Positions 12,501 through 27,400 are shown, counted from the stretch's first letter. The stretch is DNA of 64,000 bases from Hyphochytrium catenoides (GCA_900088475.1 FLMG01002184.1:1-64000); one strand, 5' to 3'. The notes: a model not told the origin generated them from the sequence alone. A program made the numbers and translations.

Positions 12501-15500
12501 AGAAGACAATCAGGTCAGAGCTCCTTTGCTAGCGTACTTTATAGACAGTTTCTGCGCACCTTCTTAGCCCCCAATTTTTGCGAGGAAGTGGTAAAAGGAG
12601 AGTTCCTTCGAGTAAGCTTACTGCGGCACTCTTAGGCCTCTTGGAAATATCACTGCATTAGTAACAGTAGCTGCTATTCATGCTACTCCGTTATCGTGGT
12701 CGTGTCTGATTCGCCTACCTATCCTTGGGTGCACAGATCTTTGCTTTGTTGGGCCACAATGGGGCAGGCAAGACCACCGCTCTACGGATGATGACCGGCG
12801 TCCTGCAGCCGTCGTCAGGGGATGTACTTGTGGCTGGGCTTAAAGCGTCACAGAATTTGGAAGCTATCCGCCAGCTTATTGGCGTCTGTCCCCAGCATGA
12901 TCTGCTCTGGGGACAGCTCACTGCGGTCGAACATCTCCGCTTTTTTGGACGCTTCAAGGGCCTATGTAAGTTGCGTAAGCACCATTAAAAGTGTACAGGG
13001 GGGAGGGAGAGGGGATAGAGGGCGCAGAGCGTCTCTGCGTTCTGATTGATGTTGGGAGACGCCCAAATCATGCTTGGAGTTTCGCCAGGCTTGGCGGGTA
13101 GAGGGCTCTGGGTGGTCTTCCTCTGGAAGCGTAATCGCCCCCCATCGCGATGGTTTGGTACTGATGATATGCAGGATGTCATGAGCACGCCCCTGCTGCA
13201 CTGATTCAACACCGAGAGGTGGATCAAACGAATTGTTGAGCATACCCGATGTGGGAATTCTTGTTACCTTTGTGTCACATAGTTACCATTACCGGTGATT
13301 AGGGAGTATAACAAAACTGTTGTCGCTGCCGTCACTTTCGTACGCCTGTTCCTTCACATAGCGGGCAAGCAATTAGATCAGCAGATCACTGAGAGACTTC
13401 AGAGTGTTAAGCTCCTTGATGTGCGTAACCGGGTCGCTAGCTCCTATAGCGGCGGCATGAAGAGAAGACTTAGCGTTGCAATTAGCACCATGGGAAACCC
13501 CAAAGTAAGTGACTATCAAAGGGGAAAGAAGCACGTTTTGAACACTTACAGTTTGAGCTGGGATGCGGTCGAAAGGAATACAGCAAAGGAGTTTCTTGCG
13601 CAGGTTGGAACTAACGAGCTCTTCCCATTGATTCTTCAGGTTCTGTTCCTAGATGAACCTACCACAGGTATGCTTGGAGCCATCCAACATGGAGTGTGAT
13701 TAAGGCTTTGTACACTTAGGACCAAGCGCATCGCGTTTGCGAAAGGGGATGAGGGGACACCAACGGAGAGTTGAACTCTTATCACCTCGACTATAGCTCA
13801 CTCCAAGCTCTAAATCTGTTTGGCAGGGATGGACCCCATGAACCGCAGGCACGTGTGGGATCTTATGGAGGAGCAAAAGGCTCATAGTTGCATAATTCTA
13901 ACAACGCACTCCATGTAAGGGCCTACGTCATCGCCTCGATCATGATAGATCCCCAACCTTGATATCTACGTAACTGCTGTGCAACTTTATCTCTTTCACC
14001 TGGCGACGTTCCTCATGTTCTCTTTTATTAGTCGTTTGAACCATCCCATGTAATGTTCTCAATTAACAGTCCTTCTTATGTCCCAACCTACCTCCGTCGC
14101 TGTTATGGTATGAAGTCCGAGCATGGTTTACTCAAGAGAGAAGCTCTGCTTTCCATTCCACCGCACACGCCTTTAGCTTTATTGAGTACCTGACCTGTGC
14201 TTGCTATGTTCTTCAGGGAGGAGGCGGACGCTCTAGGAGATACAATTGGTATCATGTCGCAGGGTCAATTGAAGGCCATCGGAAGCTCTCTTAGGCTGAA
14301 AAACCGTTTTGGGGGAGGTTATCAGGTTAAGCTTGTAACAACTAATCCAGATGTAGTGAAGCCCACGGTAAGCACCAAGAAGACGTCCTGCGAACTCTAG
14401 CGAAGCGCCGCGATACTTCTGAGTTTGCCGAATGCGGGGAGTCTCTAAAGTTAGATAATTTATTTCAATACTGGCGGGCTCTGTTCTCGTCGCGTATGGC
14501 TTATGCTTGCCGGATTGGCCAAGCTTCTGCTTTGACTTGTCCGCCCGATTTGTCCGCGCGATTTTGACACTCTCAAAGCACCGTTCATTTGACACATTGT
14601 GACGCATCTTTATCATGTGCAGGTCCACCGCTATGTTCCTTCCGCAAAGCTTCTGGACGATTCCGCGGGCTCTCTGTCATATTCCCTTCCCAAAGACCAG
14701 ATGAAGCTTATTCCACCCTTTTTCCAATGGATAGAGACTACAGTCGCACAGCAAAGCGTTGCAGGAACCGCCAAATTGATGAGTTCACCGCTCATCGTAG
14801 ACTGGGCTATATCGCACACAACGCTGGAGGAAGTCTTTCTCCGATTGGCGAAGGAAGAAAATGAGGAGAAGCCAAAACCAGTCCAGCAGTTAAAGCTCTT
14901 TGGCAACCTACGCAAGAAGAAGAGCGAAGAGAAGGAGCATGTGAACATTGACGAGGACGCCTGGGAGAGCGGTGCAGATAGCCTAAAGGGTAAGGAAAAG
15001 TGCTAAGACCCGGGTATCCGCTTCTCATCGAGCTTTCTAGTACTCATAGCATTATGGAGAATTGATGCGGTTACCAATAACTCCGGAAGGGATGGTGTAA
15101 GATGTGGAGGCCTTAAGATAGACTGATGGTTATGGAATTTTTTGGTTCAACCCTAGCATGGGGTGGCTGAAAGAAAGGCTGATGTTTATAAGTGTCAAAA
15201 TAGGGACACAGTGAATAACATCAACAGCCCCAGTGTCAACTGAGAGTTCTTGCTCTTCGTAGGAAAACATCGTTACCAGTTCCGGGCGGTAATGGGGAAA
15301 AATTGGCATTTACAGCGCCGGCAAAAGTCAACTATCTGCCATGTTCTCATTCCAATAGCATTGCTGGTCGCAATCTGGCTGCTCCAGACTCAGGTTCCTC
15401 GACTTATGTCCTCCCAAATCTAAGAGTGCAAGAAGTTTTCCAATTCGTCTGTCTTCATATGGGCCCTTTTTGTCTTGACCTCTGGTATTCTGGTCCCTGA

Positions 15501-18500
15501 CTAACAGACTTCTGAACATGGTGTGGCTGTGGGAGTGTAAGGGAATAGCAAGCTCTTGTCTGTTAAGACCTATCCATCCATTACGGCACCTACTGCTTCT
15601 TCTTTGTCTGATAGTGGACTATGTCTCCTTGTGTCACCCTTGCTAACAGGTGATAGAGAGATTAGAAAAGCGCTTTTCCTTAGAGGTCGCCCAGCTTCGC
15701 GCTACAACGGACCATCAGTGCACACAGTGCGCAGAATGCTTCCAGACAGGCTGTAGTAACCGTCTTGAGGGCGAAGGCGTCCCACAAGGTTCTGGAGCCA
15801 GCTCACAACTCTGCCTGGACAGGCAAATAGCCGGCTACGTAAAAGGTCTAGATGGGAGGTATGTTTCGTGATTCGATCTCAGAGCTATGGGACTTTGAAA
15901 GGCACCTAGAGACAATGCAAAGAAAGGAACGGTAAAGGCTCATCGGTGACAGGGAAAAGATAGGTTCTCGTCCGTGAAAGGGATAGCAGCTCCTGATATT
16001 ATCTCAGTCTAGTTATGGTGACAGAAGGGACAACCTATCATCTGTAGTGTGGCTTGGGGAAACATACTTGCCACATACCGGTCTTCGGGTTTGCTTACAT
16101 CATCTATATATACTAGATGTGTCTCTGGTATCCCAGACGATGTGATCTTTAGAAACGACCCAAGTCTCTGCTCATGCAACTCTAGCAGCACATTCTACTT
16201 GCACTCACTCGTCGAAGGTGAGACATGGACTCATCTGCCGGACAGCACTAAGAAGAAAGCCAAGGGGAATCGAGGAAAGTGGAGCTCGCTGGTCTTCTCA
16301 GATTCACTGACAGCTGTTTCTATTCGGTGCTGACTTTCAGAATGTCCGAGTTGCGCGTACAGAGACGACTATTTGGTTGAGAAAAACCCGTACTTTTTCT
16401 CGGACGGGTAGGACGATTGTTTAGCACTATAAGGTTGCGCTTCGGCTCACGATCTCTATTTACTGTTGTTCAGATACGAGGACAATCAGCAGTTCATACT
16501 TAGAGACTCGACCGAAGAAAGGATACCGGTAAGACAAAGAAAAGGCCGTAGCGGTCCTCCTAGTGGCTGTTAGCCCACAACATTTTGATGCCCGCTATTT
16601 TCATTGTCTCTTCCTAGACAGGAGAGTCTTTCTGGGTAGCTGGGTTGAAAGTGCCTCGTGGCATCTCTCTCCCGAGCTCCTGGTCTAATATCACGATCTA
16701 TGCTGATACGCGGATGAATGAAGGGAGAGCTAGTAACACAAGTCTAACAAACCGGACCGTATATCAAACCCTGCTAAAAGAGGTGGATGCTCCGGGGGTG
16801 GACTCGGCAGCTGCTTACTGGCCTCGACGACTGGTGCAGGTAGACTACAATACCAGTCAAACAGAACAGGAAGGAGAACCAACCAAGGTAATAAGAGTCA
16901 CTTGATCTCTATAACACGCAGAAAAGAAAGAGGAGATTTGAAAGGACGATTAGGCCTTCATAACTTCAAGAGGCTTCTCTCCTGAGGAGGATCTCGCTTT
17001 CGGAACTTCCAATCCGCCCTACTTTCCATCGTGACAGACTAACTCACTGGCAATTTATGTCGTCGTCCTTCTTGCTGCTCCACGCAGTCCATGACAGCAT
17101 ATCTGGTGTCTCCCCAGTTTGTCGAATACTCGTCATTGCGAGACGCTGAAAAAGCGTTCTGGAATCATCAAGTATTGGCGAAGGAGAACCGCACTAGAAG
17201 ATATGGCTACAGTGCTGAGGTAGGCACAGGGTCTCGGGACTCTTAGCAGTCGCCGGAGTAACTCTTCTTACCTCGGCTGGCCAGATAGGATTGGCCGAGC
17301 CTTCTCTTCCTAACTTCTTCTTTCTCTTTACCTCATCAATTCATATGTCTAGGAGAGAATGTTGGCTTGGAAAAATGCCAGTGCTTTGTTCCCGGGAGCT
17401 ATTATCTCCTTTGAGTCCATTGACTTGCGGACCTTGAGGTCCTCTATTTGGATAGAGACATATTTTAATGCTTCGGGAGACGACCGGTACGATATGTCTT
17501 CTTCAGATTTCGCCTACGCTTTCCGTTCTTCTCAATCTTTTCAGTATTTGCTGAAGCAGTAAATGTCTGCTAATTTCGTCGGTTTGCTCGGGTCGTCTGT
17601 CACTTCTCCTTCTGACTTTCATTGACATCTGGGCAAGCCTTACTGCTCTTCATATTTGCTAACGATTGCGCATTGCACCTGTTTCTCCCGCGGTCTATCT
17701 CCTCCCAGGCTCCCTTATCCCTACGCCGGTCTGGAGGTTCTTCGCTCTCCCGCGCCTGGGCGAATTCCTGGAAGCTCCTACCAGACCTCAGTCAGATTTG
17801 CTAGACAAACAACAAACTTCGGGGATGGAGGCCAGGAGCTGCACACAGGTCTTGCAGCAACTTATCTGTTACCAATTTTTAACCCTTCGTTCAAATCCAG
17901 TGTACTGACACATTTGTGCCCGCAATCTATTGTCTTTGACCGTCCTTTTTTCTTTTGACATTCTTCGACGTTCTTTCGCATCGGCTGCTTCTTCACAGGC
18001 GCAATTTTTGTAGCCTTAGAATATGTTCTCTCCTTTCCTCGCCCTCGCTCTACTATCGACTTCACCGTCATGCGGAAATTTTTTGTTGGCTCTGTATCGT
18101 CTCCCTATATCATCTAACCTCCATTTCGCAGGACTGAATATTCTCTTGAACGATGTTTCCAATCTACTTCTTCGTGCGGCTGTGTCCGAGTCGCAAGGTA
18201 TACGGACATCGGTAGTGCCCATGCCCTTTCGCCGCTCTTTGGTAGATGCGGACGCCCTAGATCCTGAGGCCGTGCTGAACGCTATCTTCAACCTGCTCAT
18301 CCCTCTGGCTACCTCGTTCTTGATGCCTATGATAGTCTTTCAGGTAATGCGGCTTCCCAACAAGTCCTCCTTTGGGGAGTTCAGATTTGTATTGCTTGCA
18401 TCCATCCACGTGACTGATCTTTTCTCCTCCAGCCCGATATTTAGTCTCTCTCACTGACTTCCATTTGTGGTCTTGGTCTGCCTCAATACCTTGTTCCGTG

Positions 18501-21500
18501 GCAGATGGTGCAAGAGAAACAGTTGAAGCTCAGGAGTTTAATGGTTATGATGGGTTTGCGCCTTAGCGTGTACTGGTCCGTCACGTTCTTCTATTTCATG
18601 TTGCTGCACATGTTCTTCACCTTTGCCTTCTACGGGGCCGGGGTGTTGCTACAGGTAAGAGCTCTGAGTCTTCCTTCCAAGCCCTAGTAGCAACCATCTC
18701 TATTAGGCCTTCACTTCCCTCCTATGAAGCCGTAGTTTTACTATTACTTCTCGCTGGGGCAAAGACCTTCTACGGTATTCACTGACAGATGATCCGCATA
18801 TGTCCTTAGATGCGCTACCATCAATTACATATACCACCTGACCTTCATTTCACATCAGGCAAAACTCATCCGCCGCCACCCACTCATAAAGTTTTCTCTT
18901 TGATTTCTCTTTCCTCAGGTTCGCTTTTTCACACGCACCGACTCACTTATCCTTCTATCCCTGCTGTATTTGTGGGGATTGTGCCAGACAGCGCTGTCCT
19001 TCCTCCTGTCGACTCTCTTCAACTCCGCTCGGCTAGCCTCTATCGCCACCTATCTGCTTACTGTGGGCTCAGTGCTGGCTTCGATAGCCATCAATGCGTC
19101 TTACACAGACATCTCGGTGTCTCTGCCATTTTACTATCTTTTGTGGCCCCCGTTTGTATACTACAGAGCGGTAGGAAAACTTAGGATGATACTCCCATGA
19201 TCTTTTTTCTCTTTTCTTTCGCTGGGATATCCTCTTCTAGTGATGTCTGCCGGTACTTCTTCCCTTTTTGCTGGCTCGCGTACGCTTATGATTTGGGAAT
19301 CTAAGGGTTATATTCTCGCATCGGTTTAATGGACCCGTCCACAACAGTTACTGTCCTTAGCTGGAACATAGTTCTTCTCACAAGCCACAACGATGGTTAC
19401 GACGCCGTCTATGGTGGTTCTGGTTTAGGACTCCTGCCTCTCACAATCCCTATCTGTCCTTGTCAGGTCTACCTGCTTTCAAGCCGGTCCTATCTGATGG
19501 ATGACCTCACTCCGGATGATCCCCTAACTTCGTCCTTCCGTTACTTATCGGGCGAAACAATAGTATGCTTGCTATTGACTTGGTATCTGGACAAAGTCTT
19601 GCCAAAAGAATTCGGAGTTGCGGAGTCCCCCTTTTTCTTCATAACGGACATCATAAGCTTAATTAGGTCTCAAAGAAAAGAGGTAAGAAGAATTTTGATT
19701 GAGTAGCATAGCTTTTCTGTTTCTTGATCTTTGTATTTCCCTTCTCCCGGCAGCAACGGCCATTCTTTTTGAAGTGTAATGTCCAGTAGTACACTAGTCT
19801 TGAAAGAGATTCCTCTCTGGACGTATTTATACATTAACCACTCAATCATATTTGCAGCAAGGTGCCAACATGTACGCCTCCTTGGAGGAGCTGAAGGAGC
19901 GAATGGCACGAGAGGACCCGGACGTGGCTGTAGAGCGAGAGATAATGTATAAAGACGAGGCACCGCTTAGTGCTCCCATCAAGCTTTATAACCTTCGCAA
20001 GGTATGCATGTCTCTGCATGAGAGAGGCGAGGAGAAGTGACGAGAGAGTTTAGTTGTGCCGGCAAGGCTGGAAAGTGTGATTACTTTGAGAGTGTTAATG
20101 AACCCAACGAAGGAGCTTACAAAAGGGTGTAATGGGAGAAGTCCGGTGGGAAGTGAATTCACCTGGACTAAACAGGTCCTCGAGATCTAGCCACAAGGAC
20201 TATTCGTGATGATATTCAGATGGTGGGGATAATGATCCTTGCTCTTACTCCTCTTGCTCTCGCAATTCTTAGGAGTATGGGAAGGATCAGGTTGTGGTTG
20301 ACGACGTCTCTTTTCATATTGGAGAGGGCGAATGTATGGGACTTCTAGGGCCCAACGGAGCAGGTGTCATTGACTTATCTTTGTTCGATTGCCATCTTTA
20401 TGTGCTATTTGTCGTTATTACCACCTCCCAATCGGCAACATTTGCGACCTGTCAACTTGGATATCTACCATGAGACAAATCAAGCTAAGCCTCACCTTTC
20501 TCCTCCAACTTTACATCCCTCAGGAAAGACCACAACGATCTCGATCCTTACCGGACTCTTTACGTAAGTTTCAGACGAAGATCATCCTCTTATCATAGTC
20601 AATAGTTCCCTTACTACGTATCTCCCTTCAGAAGTCCCACTCGTTTATGGCCAAGAACGATTTCCTACCATTTCTTGTAGCTACGACTAACAGTTGCCTA
20701 CTGAATCCTCTATCTGCAGTCCGTCGGGAGGAACTGCAACTATCCTTGGTTACGACATCCGAAAGGATATGGGTGAGATCTATAGGGCAATGGGTGTCTG
20801 TCCGCAGTTTGATGTAAGTCCATTACTCAAAGATGCGTTCGTTTGGATAGGGTAGCTTTTGGCAGTCAGGTCCATAAAATGTTCTGGCACACAGGAAATG
20901 ACCCTATTAAGAGAAGGTCATAAAACGAGGACAGTTAAAGGATATCGGTAGATACGACCTGGTCGACCAGCATTGCCTAGATGGTGTCAATTTGTTGTGC
21001 GAGCTAACTTGACTCCATCTATTAGATACTATGGCCCACACTGACCCTAAAGGAGCATCTGCTCTTTTATGCACGACTTAAAGGTAAATACGTGTTGGAG
21101 TGCTATACCCTTTTCTCGATGATGTACTGAGACGTAGGGAGCTTCTTGAAGCGGTAGGGCTTAGCCAGATGCAAAATTTGTGACGTTGCCAAGAGTATAT
21201 CAGAAACCACGAGGAAGAAGAATAGGCCATGATTTTAAACTTATTGCTGAGTCTGCTATGTGGCGCAGGTGTTTCTCCCGCGACCGAAGAGACGATGGTA
21301 CAGAATGCGTTGAGGAAGGTGGATCTGTTTGGCGTGCATGGTTCTGTGGGTAAGAGAGAGCAGCAGGGGCCGAAAATTTACGAAAAGTGCTTCTGATCAT
21401 ACATTTTCACCGTCCTTATCAGCAAGTCCCTAGTAGCCTAATTATTGCGCTCTCTTTTGGAGAAGAGGTGATAGTCCCCTTTACTTTCTTGAGAGAGATG

Positions 21501-23249
21501 ACTGACAGACTTTGAAGGGCGGGTTTCATTAGGGAGTTTTCTAATCTTAAGTGAAACAGCGAATATGCAGGTCCAACAATTGTCAGGCGGTATGATGCGC
21601 CGACTAAGTCTTGCTATCAGCCTTATTGGGGACCCCCGTGTGGTTTTTCTAGGTGAGTAACCTCATACTCTACGTCCCTGCTTCTACCTTCCGCTTCCTT
21701 TCTCCTTTTCCTTATGTCTCTTATCATTGTTTCTAGAGCGCCTTTCCATTCGCTGGTCCCGCTCCTAGATACATGGTTCTCCATGTCTCTTAGTATTGAT
21801 ATTTGTGCGCGGGCACTACTTCCAGCTTCATAGAGACGCTATGGGACACATCTCAACAGCCGAAGTCTCTTATTGTGCCCTTATCTTTTTCCATTCGTAT
21901 CTCATGTTCGGGATCTGCTTTATGTGGACACTCTTTCTGTCACTGATCCAGTTTCCTCAACGCCACCTCTATTTAGATGAGCCCACCACTGGCTTGGATC
22001 CAGAGACGCGGAGAAACGTATGGCAGTTGATAGATCGCGCCAAGCGGAATCGATGCATAGTATTGACCACCCATTCCATGTAGGGGCTATCCTTGACTCT
22101 CCTTTCTCATCTTGAGTCCTCTGTCCGGAGTAGTACATTTGACTTTCTTCTCAAGTGGTCCCTGAGAAATCCTCTCGTGACATCACCCCTACCTTAACTG
22201 TGGGGCCACGATTTTTCTCTAACTGAGTCTCACCATGGTCTAATCTCTGCCACCCATCAACAGGGAAGAAGCTGACGCTCTCTGCACACGGTAAGGTTTA
22301 CTGGCCGCGTTATAGATCTAAGAGAAAACCCTCTATGTATCGCGGCTGTATTTCTCTCGTCCGTTTGCTGCTCGTATGCTTTCCCCTTTAACTTGCCAGT
22401 TTCCCTAGCCAACTCTGCTTCTAATCTTCTGCACCCGCCCGTAGTATCGCGATCATGGCCGCGGGCCAGGTGCGGACAATTGGCACAAACCTGCACCTGA
22501 AAAACCGGTTCGGACAGGGGTACAAGGTGGACATATCGTATAGAACAGGGTAGGATGCAGGACTTCATTGCTCCACAATCCTATGGCCTTCCCAAGCCCC
22601 AGTCGGGATTCCTTCCCTCCTGGGTGCTAGGTCATTATTGGTTGCCCCACGCCTCTGTTCTCTGATAATTTGGCCTTTGTCGGCTCGCGCTCTTCGTGTA
22701 GTTAGCCTGAATCCTAGTGCTTAGGCAACTCTTGGTTAGTTGACTCTTAGTAACTGGCTGGCTTCAAATGTAGGATGGAGAAACAAGCAGAGGAGTTCCT
22801 GTTGCGCTGTATCCCAGATGCCGTTGTGGAAGAGCGACAAAGAGGGAAGAACGTCTACCAGGTAATTACTTCATTACAGCGGTCTAGTAGCCGGCCTCTA
22901 TATGAAGAAGACAGGATGGGTGAAGACTTGGCGCCTGTGCAGTAGTCGTTCTGCCGCATTTTATCCCTGCTGATGGCGAAGGGCTTCCCATACTTGGCTA
23001 CCAACCTCAGACTTGCCTCTATTCTTAGGTTACCTTTCTTGATTGCTGGTCGTTGTTCACTCTCTCCTACTCTCTGTCTTGCCCTGCTACCAGGTGCCCA
23101 AGGGCAAGATTTCCGTGGCCCGCCTGTTTGAACACATGTACCTAAGGCCGAAGAGCGCAGGAATTGATGACTGGGGACTGAGGCAGACCTCTCTGGAGGA
23201 AGTCTTCCTTAAGATAGCAAGATCTGCCAAAGCTTCGGCTAATAGCTAG
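9520..23249 (+). CDS. Full-length ABCA-subfamily transporter (TMD-NBD-R x2), many exons; 5' start approximate
   Basis: NBD1: [60 protein letters not shown]2: [68 protein letters not shown] and VQEKQ..MVMMGL motifs in the TMDs. Confidence 0.93.
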
Positions 23250-24453
23250 TAAGGCTGTGGTGAGGAAGTGGATTGAAGATACGACGGATCTTAGGATGGT
23301 TGTTGTGGAACACACCTGGGTCACCTGCGGCGAGCACACAAGAAGCGGGCATCAGCAGTGCGACGACCCCTTACACAGCCGTCGTATAGATAAGCGAGAA
23401 AGAAGAGAGGAGCTAAATGGTAGCGCCAGAAAGCTACGCCTTCGTCATGGTGCGGCCTCAAAGGCGCACGTTTTAAGGAGGCAATATCCTAGACGAGGCT
23501 CCTAGTCCAAGAGACAGGCTTCTCAATGTGGAGAAGCTTTGTGAGCACAAGACTGAATAGCACTAGGAAATGCTAAAAGACTCTCCTCTAATTATTGCCA
23601 TGTCTGTTCGTCAGTATCTGAGCCGGATATGCGTTCCCTTCCACGTCGACCAGGGTCGGCACCACTCTAACCTATGTAAGTTTTACTTGTGTGTGAGGCA
23701 GCAGCCCGTTGCTGCTCAGAATGCGGGCTCCCATCCGAGGCCATAGCACTGACCAAAGACGGCTATCCTTGAGGGTGGCATGCGTGTGGTGCTTGAGCAC
23801 TGATGGTGACCACGGGGCGGCCAGGAGCTAAGCATGAATGTAGGACAGATCGAGACTATCATTTTGGAAAAGGTGCCTCGAGAATCTGACTTGCGTCTGA
23901 AGCTCCTTAGCAAATGGCTCACTCCATACAGTGGCGAAGCTAGCTGTTTGTGAGATATGTATTTTGCTTGATGTGATGTACGAGAGCATGATGAAGACTG
24001 TCTACCTCGCCTTGTCTCTTTGGAGAGAGACCAACAATCTTCCCTGACCTTCCTCGTCTGGGCCTTCAGAAGCAGCCGCGGTCAGATCTGCGTCCCAATG
24101 ACCAGAAGGCCGTTTCTGCCTTCACCATCGCCCGAAAGCCGTTAACGCCTATTAATAACCTTGTGCTTGGAGTGAGTCTCTATCTTTCCTCTGGTGAAGC
24201 TTCTTGATCGGCCTGGGTCTGTCGCACGGGTGCTCAGTCTAGCCTGGCTCTGTGGCACTGTGTCACGCTCAGTCTCAGAGCTCATCCACCCCAATGACCT
24301 GTATGGAAGGTCTGGTAAGAGTCTCCTTGCTTCGGCATGAGCTGTAGAAGGCCTTGAACTAGAAATTGTGCAATGTCATTAGTTGCTGGTGCATCGCGAA
24401 GATCGTAAGCTCTGCCGCTGTGGAGGTGGCCTGGTCCTGGCAAAGGCTTGATA

Positions 24454-27400
24454 ATGGAAGATAGCGTCCCGCCGCCGCCCCCACCACCCCCACCTCCTCC
24501 GAGCTCGGAAAGTAAGTTATGCTTTGTCCCAGGGTTGCACCTAATTCCCTCTTTCCGACTAGACTTGCCGCGTAGGCAAGAGGAACGTGTCATAGTTAAA
24601 ACTTTCTGTTTGCTGCTACTTTGTTTAAGTTGATTGCTGACTTCTATCTGATAGATCCCACGCTAGCTCTGGAGTACTATGATGAGGAGCCGCCACCACC
24701 TCCTAGCGAGGAGGATGAGGAAGCGCCTCCTCCTCCTCCCCCGGTTGATGGACCTCTCCTAGAGCTGCCCCCGCCACCTCCGCCCCCTCCTCTTCCGGAG
24801 GCCGCCCCTTCTTCTTCTCCACCTAGTACCGCTCCTATGGAAAGGAAGGCGGACGAGCAGAAAGAGCAGGAGGAACGTACAGAAGGCCCCGACAAGCTGA
24901 AGTCTCTCGGTGAGCTGGCCCAGGAGCTGGCAAATTGGACGCTAGCCTCTGACAGGGATGTAAGTCTAGTCTCTCTGTTCTCTAAATAATCTCCATCTTT
25001 GTCCCTTGCCAAACGCTAAGACATTTGCAAGGATTGCTTTGAATGTCTAGTGCCCGAGTGCCGTTGCCTCTCTTCCCTATGTCTCTTTCCTCTGCTGTCG
25101 TCGGAAAGCCGCTTACTTGGCTGCCCTCTTGGGACCTCGTGATGCATCTCTCTAACCCTCTTCACTCACTGCTTGTAGCTTCTCTTTTATCTCAAGAAGT
25201 TCTCTTCAAATCTTATAGCCAAGACAAAGGTAAGACAATTCCTGCTTAAGCTGCAAGTACAGAGCTGCACGCATCGGAACAGCTGGAGCTTTTAGTATAG
25301 AACAAGCGGCTATAGAGAGAAACGCGTCTTCTTCTGCGAAAAGGGGGGAGCTTCCACTGACTTAGCGAACTCAGCTGTATGAGTTTCTCTTCACTACTTA
25401 TCGCGCTGATGTGCTTCTTCGCCGGTCTTAGAACATCGAAGACTCGATAGATGACCTCAGTGAAGGAGTAGTCCAGGCCGAAGTCAGGGTCCAAAACGTG
25501 ACAAACGAGTTTCTGATGCTCTCGAACACGCAGTTTATCGAGAATGTGAGGACAAGAAGATGGGCGAAAGTGCCTGGACGCTTTTCACTAACTGAATTAA
25601 ACCTTACCCTATTGTCGGACAGAGAGTATACGAAGAGGAGTTGAAGGGGCCTGAGGAGGAAAAGGAAGAGAAGAAGGAGCCAGAAACCTCAAAGAAAGAG
25701 TCAGGGCAAGACTACATTGTCCCAAAGTTCAAAGAAGCTCTGGACCTTGGTATTCAGGTACACTGAGAAACACCATTGACTGAACGCTAGCGGGTCATCT
25801 TCCGTGTACAAGGTCTCTTAAACCTCCTTTCTTCGCCTAGATGGCCCACTGCTTACAAGCTCTGTTGCCCATGCTGCACCTTTCCCACTCCTTACACATT
25901 GATATAGTCCTTCTGCCGCTATAACGCTCTTGGCTCTTCTTCTCGCCCTTGCTTTCCTGAGTGCAGGCCATGAAGCTGTTCGCACTGGTCGAGTACGGCT
26001 CAGACGGAGAGGAGCTTCAGCCAGAGTTTGAAGATGCATTGGTACAGGAAGCCTTCTTAGCTGCATCACTCCTCCCATTTCCTCGTGCCCAACATATCTT
26101 GTTGGAAGCAATAGAGAGGCATTGAGGCGCCATAAGCTGCGTCGTGAGGGGGGACCTTATACATATGCGTGGATGTTCCGCTATACCACTACGACAGTTC
26201 ACTTCTTTGGGTGTCATGTGTCCGGTCGGTTCAAACGAATGTCTCTCACGAACTAACGCCACAAACGCGCTTCGCTTCCAGGATATCTACAACGAGCGGC
26301 CTCTGCCATATGTAATTGGGACAAGGGAGTTCCTAGAAGACGACACCCTCGGCCTCGGCGCCCCGCCAGATGAAGTCAGCCTGAGTATGTTGAACCACAG
26401 TATAGAATATAAGAGGATAAAGACAGCCAATTTGTGTAGCCGCGATGGGAGTAAAGTAGTAAAGCAAAAAGAGAGGTAGAGACTAGCATTGAGCTGTCTA
26501 GAAGGCACCATGTGCCACCGCAATATGCTACTAATTCTCACTCACTCTAGGTGACGAAGACGAGGACGACCTCTCTTCATCTGAGTATGAAGAGTCAGAA
26601 GACGAGGAAAGCGATGAGGTGATAAAAGAGGCCAGACCCAGCCCTGCCACTGTCTATTGTATCTAATTGGACTCACAGGAAGAAGAGTCAGAAGAGGAAG
26701 AGACGTCGGCAAGTGAAGAAGAGACGTCAGGAAGTGAATACACCACTGAGGATGAGGAAGTAGACCAAGATGAGGATGATGAATCTTACGAGGACGAGGA
26801 CGAGGAAGATGAACGGGTAGAACGCAGGCAAACTCCTACAAGTGGGCCCGGGACTAAGAGGAACGTCTTTAGTGACGAAAGCGAAGAGGAGAGGTAGATT
26901 ATGCACGTCTTGGCTGGCTGCCGTGAGGGTAACCTCTCATTACCCTTTCTTATGCGCCCTCATATATTCCGCTCTCTACGCACGGCATGCAAACTTCCTT
27001 TGCCATGCTGCGCTTCATGCAGTGATGAGTATGAGAGTATGCCACCACAGAGGAGATCCTCCTTAAGTGCCCAACAGCGCAAAGGCAGTGCCGTCGAGGT
27101 AGGGTGCTGTTGGGTGGAGAAGCCCCGTTCGTCTTCATCTGTCGCAGTCCATGGATCTCTAAAGGCTCTTTTTCTGACGTACACACAGAGTGAGTCCAGT
27201 GAAGACGCTTCAGAGCTCTTTGGTACAGGTTCAGAGCCTACACAAACTCCAACTAGCGGGCCCCCAAGCATTGCTGCAGCCGCCGCTGCTGCTGCTGCGT
27301 CACGCACAAGGGCTTCTGGAAAGGCTCCTCTATGGGATGATGATGAAAGTGACGATGATGGGTTATTTGCACCCACTCAAAAGGACGCTGTACCGGCAAG

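Noticed and set aside
13162-13204. TGATGA...CTGA in an ABCA intron as a C/D snoRNA
   Set aside because: Only ~43 nt, with no terminal stem or recognisable rRNA guide.
23405-23470. gctaaatggtagcgc resembling a tRNA D-arm
   Set aside because: No T-loop (GTTCRA) or acceptor stem.
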